Virus record (IMG/VR): IMGVR_UViG_3300029305_002190
Location: 32,001-96,000 of that record
From: a virus
Lineage: Duplodnaviria; Caudoviricetes
DNA: 64,000 nucleotides
Strand: one strand, 5' to 3'
The position numbers were made by a program, and so were the translations under genes. Every line of letters begins with the position of its first letter. Within the stretch, counting starts at the first letter, position 1. Below are positions 57,640-64,000 of this stretch, piece by piece. Below the pieces are notes generated by a model. It saw nothing but the letters and a program-made list of their open reading frames with translations. It ran no database searches and was not told the origin of the DNA.

Positions 57640-58449
57640 TTAATCACCAATTTCTTTCTTAATAGCAATCTTCATAATGTTGTACTGCACATCATCAAGT
57701 AGAACATCAACATCTTTATCAACTTCAGTTGAACAAGTCTCTAGATACTTATCGCACATTTTATCAATACAGCCAATAGCCCAATTAGCAATCATGCGAG
57801 CATCATCCAGGTTGTGAAAACCAAGTTTTACTGACTGTAAATAGTCTGGCATTTTTGAAATCAAGCAATCTTCATATGATTCGCCGTCAATGTATCTGCT
57901 GATATATTCATTAACTCTCAGTAGATGATGCAGTTGTTTCGGATCGTAAGAAAACTTCTCAATCCATGCCATTCGTGCAGGATAGTGATGTTCCATTGCA
58001 TGATACTTTTCTTTTGCAATGCCCTTCATAGACTTAATAGCCTGTACAGGTGCATAGCGTGCAATTTTCTCACGAGCCTTTACAAGTCTATCCCATTCAT
58101 CTTTATACATAGGATTGATAATTGCATATTTAGTAAACAGGATTTCTAGGAAGTTCAAGTTTTGCTTTCTGAAAGTCTGGATATAGAGTCTAATATCCTT
58201 AAAATCGATGTGCTCTTCATTCTCTCTGATATGAGTTGTACTTACTGCCTTTTTATTCATTGCAATATCTTCAAAGGTTGGCGTGACAATCAGCTTGGTG
58301 TCTACATCAGAACCTTCATAGTCAAGGCCGTAGTTACCGCTGCCCTGATAAAAGATACCTACAATTCTATCTTCGGGGAAGTGTTCGAGAGCCTCGTTGT
58401 AGTGCTCTCGAACATTCCGCATGATCCATTCATCACTGTGAAAATTCAT
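57640..58449 (-). CDS. Pol-beta-fold nucleotidyltransferase (RlaP-like)
   Basis: QGSGNYGLD...SDVD, N.NFLE.LF, YDPKQLHH.LR. Confidence 0.8.
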   Translation of the reverse strand: MNFHSDEWIMRNVREHYNEALEHFPEDRIVGIFYQGSGNYGLDYEGSDVDTKLIVTPTFEDIAMNKKAVSTTHIRENEEHIDFKDIRLYIQTFRKQNLNFLEILFTKYAIINPMYKDEWDRLVKAREKIARYAPVQAIKSMKGIAKEKYHAMEHHYPARMAWIEKFSYDPKQLHHLLRVNEYISRYIDGESYEDCLISKMPDYLQSVKLGFHNLDDARMIANWAIGCIDKMCDKYLETCSTEVDKDVDVLLDDVQYNIMKIAIKKEIGD

Positions 58450-59818
58450 CAGTCATCACTTCCTCATTAATGCCATCGGCTTCTTCCATATCAGGAGCCT
58501 CAGCTTCAACCTTAACAATTCCTTCAAGAGCCTTGAAAGACCAGTTCTTATGCTTGTATGCACAGAATTTAGGACGGTTCAGAATACGAACTACAACGCC
58601 TTCACGGACATGAGTCTTGCCAATAGGGTCGGGACCATCATAGTACTTTTCTGCACGAGTAATTGCATAATGCCCTGCGCTTTCCCACGTGTTAGCTTCA
58701 AGCCAATCTGCGTAAGGAATAGTGCCCTTCCACATCACAGGGACAGTCTTAACACCCATCTGCTCACAACGATAGCGCATGAAATCAGGAGTGTACTCGA
58801 CAACATCACCATCTTCATTGGTCATTGTCATACGGTAAACGTAGATATCAGACTGAGGAATAACTCCATCTGCGGAATTTACACCATCAGGGGCACAACC
58901 ATAAGAGAAAGTAGTAGTCTTTCCATACTGCTTAACAAACTCCTTGTCGTTCAGCTTCTTATTGTCTGCCGTAGACATAATAGGTGCGCCAGTATGAGTG
59001 AAACCAACCACCTCGTAGTAGACCTCTTCGCCCTTCCACAGCTTGCCCTCAAAGAACTTAGAATGTGCTTCACGGAACTCGTTAGATCCATAATATCCAC
59101 CTTCAAAATTCTCTAGAACAGTACGACGAGTGCCAGAGACGTAACCCCAATCATAAACAGGAGTACCTTCACGACGGAATAGTTTGTCCCAGATTGTGCG
59201 CTTGTAGTCCTTAAACACAGGTAGGTGTGCAGTTCGCTGAGAAGTGCCATGCATCTTTAGAGTGATTTCAATCTCGTCACCGGGCTTAAAAGCTGCCAGA
59301 TTGTAGGCGAGCTGCTCAGTGTCCATATGCTCATAAAACAGAGGTGCAATGCTTCTCTTAGCTCTACGCTTAATGCGCTTTCCTGCTCCACCTGCGGCAG
59401 TACGTTCACGCTTAAAAGGTACATACTTGCAGCAAATCTCATGTCCATTAAAGTTATCAATTCGGTCACCCTCACGCAGAGTGGTAATGTCACCAAAAGG
59501 CTCAAGAGACTTCAGAGGCAGGAACAGGCCATCAGACTTTTCTCCACGAAGCTTAATAGCAGTGACGTTGCGCTTGTCGGGATCCATGTAACCGCCAATG
59601 TTATTGCCGTTTTCATCCTTCTTGCGAAGCAGGTTATTTGCTTCTGCAAATGCAGTGCTAATCTGTCCATCAGAAGGGAAGTAAATGCCAAGCTGGTTGT
59701 CCTCGTATTCCAGAGAGACAATTACAGTGTTACCAAAGCACTCACCCATCTGCAGTCGATCCGCCTTAGGGTGTGTACGCAGATTCTTAATTCTTGTAAT
59801 AAATGCTGTATAAGCCAT
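58433..59818 (-). CDS. ATP-dependent RNA ligase with N-terminal OB/tRNA-binding-like domain
   Basis: HPKADRL...KLRGEKSDG N-terminus; motif I LKMHGTS, YEVVG, REGVVVR, YKHK. Confidence 0.85.
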   Translation of the reverse strand: MAYTAFITRIKNLRTHPKADRLQMGECFGNTVIVSLEYEDNQLGIYFPSDGQISTAFAEANNLLRKKDENGNNIGGYMDPDKRNVTAIKLRGEKSDGLFLPLKSLEPFGDITTLREGDRIDNFNGHEICCKYVPFKRERTAAGGAGKRIKRRAKRSIAPLFYEHMDTEQLAYNLAAFKPGDEIEITLKMHGTSQRTAHLPVFKDYKRTIWDKLFRREGTPVYDWGYVSGTRRTVLENFEGGYYGSNEFREAHSKFFEGKLWKGEEVYYEVVGFTHTGAPIMSTADNKKLNDKEFVKQYGKTTTFSYGCAPDGVNSADGVIPQSDIYVYRMTMTNEDGDVVEYTPDFMRYRCEQMGVKTVPVMWKGTIPYADWLEANTWESAGHYAITRAEKYYDGPDPIGKTHVREGVVVRILNRPKFCAYKHKNWSFKALEGIVKVEAEAPDMEEADGINEEVMTDEFSQ

Positions 59819-60016
59819 TTCTTATTGTCCTTTCTAATTAATCTTCATCATTCTTATGTTTTTCCATGGAATCAAAAGCCTGCTCATATCTATCAAGCTC
59901 TTTAATAGCAACTTCAATAAAGCATCCATTTGTTCCATTTAGACTGCATCTAGAGCAGCTACATTCCTTACATTTCTTCAGTTCATATTTTAGATCAAGC
60001 ATTGTTTTGTACCTCC

Positions 60017-60032
60017 ATTCATTTTGTACTGT
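60017..60032 (-). promoter_or_regulatory. 16-bp repeated element copy (ACAGTACAAAATGAAT)
   Basis: Directly followed by GGAGGT and the ATG (60003) of a small Cys-rich ORF upstream of the ligase. Confidence 0.7.
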
Positions 60033-60068
60033 TAGTATATCATATATTTTCCAGAAATCAATATGGCA

Positions 60069-60096
60069 AAATGGCCAAAGATCACTTCGGCCATTT
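60069..60096 (-). terminator. Terminator-like hairpin
   Basis: AAATGGCC...GGCCATTT. Confidence 0.55.
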
Positions 60097-60107
60097 GTTT
60101 ATTTTAG

Positions 60108-60515
60108 TTAAAGTTTATCTTCGCAACTACCACAAAGCGGCACAATGATATGTCCATACGTCATATGTGCTGTTTCTTTGCCACAGATTATACAGGTATG
60201 TCTGCTAATTTCAGTATACCTCTTAATAATATCTTGGACAGTCGGAATGATCTCTTCAATATCTTTATTGTCTATATCTGTATAATAATCTTTATCGGGG
60301 AAATTCCAGTACACAGTTAACTGCCCGTACTTTTCTTTAATCTGATAAAACATTATCTCGTCCGCATATGCGCCGCACGCTTTAAACAATTCGTCTTTTA
60401 ATTGAGGGAAAAATGACTTAATCCAGCCATCTGGAATACCATCAATTGAAGATTCAAAGTTATATTCAAAATCTGTCCGAATATCATGCTGATAATCTTT
60501 CCATTCATTACTCAT
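60108..60515 (-). CDS. Hypothetical phage protein
   Basis: GW...QIKEKYG.L.Y...C..CG...C..C motif. Confidence 0.7.
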   Translation of the reverse strand: MSNEWKDYQHDIRTDFEYNFESSIDGIPDGWIKSFFPQLKDELFKACGAYADEIMFYQIKEKYGQLTVYWNFPDKDYYTDIDNKDIEEIIPTVQDIIKRYTEISRHTCIICGKETAHMTYGHIIVPLCGSCEDKL

Positions 60516-60542
60516 TTTTCATACCTCAAATAAAATCAACAT

Positions 60543-60998
60543 TTATTCATCAAGCATTTTTGCAGTATTAATAAAGATCTGCTTTAGCTGGTCATCATAT
60601 CCAAATCTTGTTGCGTTAATTTCAATTGATTTGAGCAGATTGCCATCATGTTGCCTCATACTAGCAGCCTTCCAATCACATAACATTTCCACAACATCAA
60701 CAAGAGTCATATCGTTAATACCTTTGCTAAAATGCTCAGGATGATGACGATTACACGCATAGTGATGTTGAAGTGCTGTATTAAGTTCCTTTAGTGACTC
60801 GTTATATTCTGGTGTTCCGTAAGTCAGTTTTGCCAACTTTGGAGTGCATTTAGTAAATGCTTCTACTTCTGGACTTTCTAGCTTAGAAGCATCATGTTTA
60901 ACTCCACGAGTTGTAAGTGCATCTGTAAACATTCTAATATACATTCTTACATTTTCAATGTGCTTAATCGTTTCTACCTTGCACTCTGTTACAGTCAT
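60543..60998 (-). CDS. HD-like protein (DUF5662-like)
   Basis: HI..V, HDASK, HHY..NRHHPEH, EMLCDW.AA. Confidence 0.75.
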   Translation of the reverse strand: MTVTECKVETIKHIENVRMYIRMFTDALTTRGVKHDASKLESPEVEAFTKCTPKLAKLTYGTPEYNESLKELNTALQHHYACNRHHPEHFSKGINDMTLVDVVEMLCDWKAASMRQHDGNLLKSIEINATRFGYDDQLKQIFINTAKMLDE

Positions 60999-61002
60999 TC
61001 TC

Positions 61003-61425
61003 TTAGCCCTCCAATTTCTTCCACATATCACTCAAAGACCAACCGTTAGTCTTTGCCAGATACACAGAATAAGCGCCAATCTTATAGCTATCAGTTACAC
61101 CAATACAATCCTTAAAGTAATCACTTAGACAATTAAATGTATCTTTCTTGCTTCCCTCTTGCCAAGCAATTACTCCAACACCATTAATGGTTAGGAAATC
61201 ATATGCGGTTCCTCTGTGCTCGCCATTTGAAAAGCAGCAGAAAATTTCTTCATTCATACAGAATGATTCAATATTGCCTAGGTCACACTTTTCTACTTTC
61301 CAAACTTCATAATAAGGATGGTCATTGTATGGATCATGCGGACATCTATATGTACGCTTTGCTGCAATATGTAGATGACTTACGACATCACGAAATTCTC
61401 CACCAGTTAGCACTTCAACCTTCAT
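61003..61425 (-). CDS. Hypothetical protein
   Basis: ORF coupled to the upstream gene. Confidence 0.6.
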   Translation of the reverse strand: MKVEVLTGGEFRDVVSHLHIAAKRTYRCPHDPYNDHPYYEVWKVEKCDLGNIESFCMNEEIFCCFSNGEHRGTAYDFLTINGVGVIAWQEGSKKDTFNCLSDYFKDCIGVTDSYKIGAYSVYLAKTNGWSLSDMWKKLEG

Positions 61426-62198
61426 TCTTTATTCTCCTTATTCAAATGTTCTTTCATTGCCTTAATCATATTCAAAATATCAGGCTTTTTAATGTTTTCT
61501 TCCATCCACGCAATATAGTCAGGCGCAGATCTATACACATCAATTAGACGTTTACCTGAATGCTTACCGAATGGTAGTGTATAATTCTCATCAAATTCAA
61601 CATTTTCTTGCACCATGAAATATCCATCAAAGTCCATAGTCAAGCATTTTCTAGATGCAAGATAGTCTGCAACATGAACCATTCTGGCAAACTTATTATT
61701 AGGCTTAGGAAGCTCAACACCAGTTTTTTTGTCTTCGTTCCATTGTCCCATATGTTTGCTAATGGTATCGGCTACCATTTCAATTTCTTCATGAGTTAAA
61801 TACTTTCCATCAAAACTTCTAATTACGTCTGCCATCAGAATAGGATGATTAAATCTGGTGTACTTGGACTTTTCATAATCTTCCTGAGATCCTGATTTGC
61901 GCCCATCGTGCACAAGTCCAGAAAGTCTAATAAGATCCCTTTCTCTGCTTGTTAACTTGCTATTATATTGTTCTAACTCCAAAAAGAAATTTAAAAATCT
62001 AACTACTGCAACTTGATGTCTCATCAAACCCATTTCTCCAAGCGAATATGCTGGGTGATATTTGCCAGTGGAGCTTGCGCCTACATGCCAAATATAATCA
62101 GGCAAATCGCCAAGCAAAACAACTGCAAATTCTTTAATATCTTCATTCTCAAATGTGTCTAAAATTGGCTGAATGAATTTCAGTCTTTCTTCTGTCAT
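61422..62198 (-). CDS. HD-domain phosphohydrolase with C-terminal PFGKH.G module
   Basis: ASSTGKYHP, GL.RH, LVHDGRK, HP, HMG, VHVADY, LPFGKHSG...DY..W. Confidence 0.8.
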   Translation of the reverse strand: MTEERLKFIQPILDTFENEDIKEFAVVLLGDLPDYIWHVGASSTGKYHPAYSLGEMGLMRHQVAVVRFLNFFLELEQYNSKLTSRERDLIRLSGLVHDGRKSGSQEDYEKSKYTRFNHPILMADVIRSFDGKYLTHEEIEMVADTISKHMGQWNEDKKTGVELPKPNNKFARMVHVADYLASRKCLTMDFDGYFMVQENVEFDENYTLPFGKHSGKRLIDVYRSAPDYIAWMEENIKKPDILNMIKAMKEHLNKENKE

Positions 62199-62376
62199 TG
62201 TTAATCCTCCACATACTCAACAATGTAATCAGTCTTATTACAACAATCACACTGATACTCTTCGTCACTCATAACAATCTTCTTAATTTCCTTCTTGGTC
62301 GGCTTCATAATACGAATATAACACTTCTTACAAAGAGATTCGTATATATCCTGTTGACTCATTAATAACTCTCCTT

Positions 62377-62392
62377 ATTAATTTTGTATTGT
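62377..62392 (-). promoter_or_regulatory. 16-bp repeated element copy (exact consensus)
   Basis: Between the deaminase stop and the AAGGAG RBS of a small ORF (ATG 62362). Confidence 0.85.
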
Positions 62393-62808
62393 TAATATAT
62401 AATCTCTTCATGAGAGAACCCGCCCTCATTAGAGTAATAAATATTTCTGATTCCAAGGTCTTTTATCAAGTTAAAACAGCTCTCACAAGGCCGTGCAAGC
62501 CCCAGTTCGCCGTTTTTATAAGACCTGAATATGTAAATATCTACATTTCTAAAATCGATATCCTTGCGCCCAATAAGCGGCTTAAGGCAACTTGTTTCGG
62601 CGTGGCAAGTGTGTGGAGTTTCCACCGTAAATCTGTACTGATTATATTTCTTCTGAAGAGGGCTTGTGCGCATAGAGTTACAACCTGTGCTGATTACTTT
62701 ATGCTTGTATACTGCACACGCACCAATTTGAACTCTAGGAAAATCAGACAGCTTAGATACTTCTTTTGCAATATTAAAATATGCTCTGTCTTTCTTTGTC
62801 AAATCCAC
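62392..62808 (-). CDS. Zinc-dependent cytidine/dCMP-type deaminase
   Basis: HAE...RPCESC. Confidence 0.85.
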   Translation of the reverse strand: MDLTKKDRAYFNIAKEVSKLSDFPRVQIGACAVYKHKVISTGCNSMRTSPLQKKYNQYRFTVETPHTCHAETSCLKPLIGRKDIDFRNVDIYIFRSYKNGELGLARPCESCFNLIKDLGIRNIYYSNEGGFSHEEIIY

Positions 62809-62958
62809 AACACTCTACCTCTTTTTTAATCATACAATTTCTTATTCTTGCGATCTTTTTGCCTGTTATACTTTTTTCGGCTCTCAACAATTCTTGTTAC
62901 TGGACTCATTGGCCACAGATTGCGCTGCTGTTTAGCCTCTTCTTTTTTCTTATTTTTA

Positions 62959-63159
62959 TCAATCATCGTCGTATTCAACCCTTTCCAATCGTGCCTCTAT
63001 ACAACCAAGACAAAGCTGTTGGCCATCAAACCAATAAAGTTGATTCTCTTCCTCGCATTCATCGCAATATAATGTAGGGACGTTTTTATAAGGGCAATAT
63101 TCTCCCATACATCCAATTTCTGGAGGGCATCCAACACACTCATCTTCAAACCTAACCAT
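62959..63159 (-). CDS. Small Cys-rich protein
   Basis: MVRFEDECVGC...CDEC...CLGC. Start overlaps the primase stop. Confidence 0.55.
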   Translation of the reverse strand: MVRFEDECVGCPPEIGCMGEYCPYKNVPTLYCDECEEENQLYWFDGQQLCLGCIEARLERVEYDDD

Positions 63160-64000
63160 CTGACTCACCCCCTTTGCTAATATCATAGATATGATTATTA
63201 ACAAGCTTTGCCCATTTCTCGGGGCAATCAGATGGGCTTTCTTTTTCATCAAGAATGTTTTCTTTATCTATAACAGCATAAACGGTGATGCCATCCATAA
63301 ACATTGATGCTATTTTTTTTAACTCTTCTTCATCAACATCCTTATCAAGTGCAAGAATTGGAGTGCATCCAGTTCGTATAATCTCTTCAACTTGGTACTT
63401 AGAAATAGTTTTGCCGCCAGTCGATACGCATGAACGCACTCCAATAGTAGCTAATTGCTGAACTGCCTTTTCGCTTTCTAACACATATATATACTTATTT
63501 TGCTTGATATGCTCTCGATTTTGCCAATATCCGTATAAAATTTTAGACTTATTGCACTTTTCCAAATACGTATATTTGGTGTGTGACTCGTCAGGCTCAC
63601 CAAAATAGCGCCCCTTGATACCACAAAGCGTTCCTAGACTGTCACGAATAGGGATAGTAATATAATTGCTTTGAGGATCATACCCAATCTCAAATTCTTT
63701 TTGGGTTTCAAGAGAGATATTGTCATCTTCAAACATCTTATTGCCACAATGAAGATAGTAGCTCAATATTTTTTCAGATATTGGCTTCACTTGGCTATTA
63801 TCTTCATCATCATCATTGATGCTCATATCTTTTAGCATACGAAGAATTTGCAATGACTCAGGCAAATCTTCTCTTTCACCGTAATAATCAATTCCTGCAA
63901 CTCCGCATACAAATTTCATTGCCTCAGCGAAGGAACAATCCTCTACATAAGCAACCAAGTCAAAAATATCAGCTGTTCTACCATTTTTAGTTATCTGTCT
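63152..64000 (-). CDS. DNA primase (TOPRIM), 5'-partial
   Basis: ITIPIRD..G...GIKGR, LYG, VLESEKAV, LALDKD, KESP.D. Confidence 0.88.
   Translation of the reverse strand, partial: RQITKNGRTADIFDLVAYVEDCSFAEAMKFVCGVAGIDYYGEREDLPESLQILRMLKDMSINDDDEDNSQVKPISEKILSYYLHCGNKMFEDDNISLETQKEFEIGYDPQSNYITIPIRDSLGTLCGIKGRYFGEPDESHTKYTYLEKCNKSKILYGYWQNREHIKQNKYIYVLESEKAVQQLATIGVRSCVSTGGKTISKYQVEEIIRTGCTPILALDKDVDEEELKKIASMFMDGITVYAVIDKENILDEKESPSDCPEKWAKLVNNHIYDISKGGESDG

Noticed and set aside
1-64000. CRISPR array, tRNA or rRNA genes
   Set aside because: I saw no regularly spaced repeat-spacer array or cloverleaf by eye. The 16-bp element is dispersed over kilobases. tRNAscan was not run.
1-64000. Stop-codon reassignment
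   Set aside because: Long genes are intact and densely packed under the standard bacterial code.

Overview
The whole window is part of a large, AT-rich temperate siphovirus of a Firmicute host, probably a clostridial one. Its gene set and order resemble SPbeta-like phages (inferred from RecJ, DnaE, primase, a large serine recombinase and a giant tape measure protein). Bases 1-29.5 kb (+ strand) are the tail and lysis module. It contains a CotH-kinase-like virion gene split by a group I intron (1060-2308) that encodes a homing endonuclease, RuvC, a 4396-aa tape measure protein with an embedded JAB-like motif, Dit, a large tail protein and a holin-like gene. Bases 29.5-64 kb (- strand) hold the recombinase, nucleotide metabolism genes (dUTPase, NrdJ, Gmk, ThyX), DnaE, helicase, NAD-dependent ligase, a PnuC/kinase/NadR NAD-salvage cassette, RecJ, a LemA membrane operon, an RNA-repair cluster (ligase, RlaP-like NTase, Pnk-HD, Thg1), two free-standing homing endonucleases and primase. 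A directional 16-bp element, ACARTACAAAATTAAT, recurs at 12 clear sites plus 3 degenerate ones, at gene junctions, next to RBSs and inside sigma-A promoters. All family calls come from motifs recognised by eye; no database searches were run.
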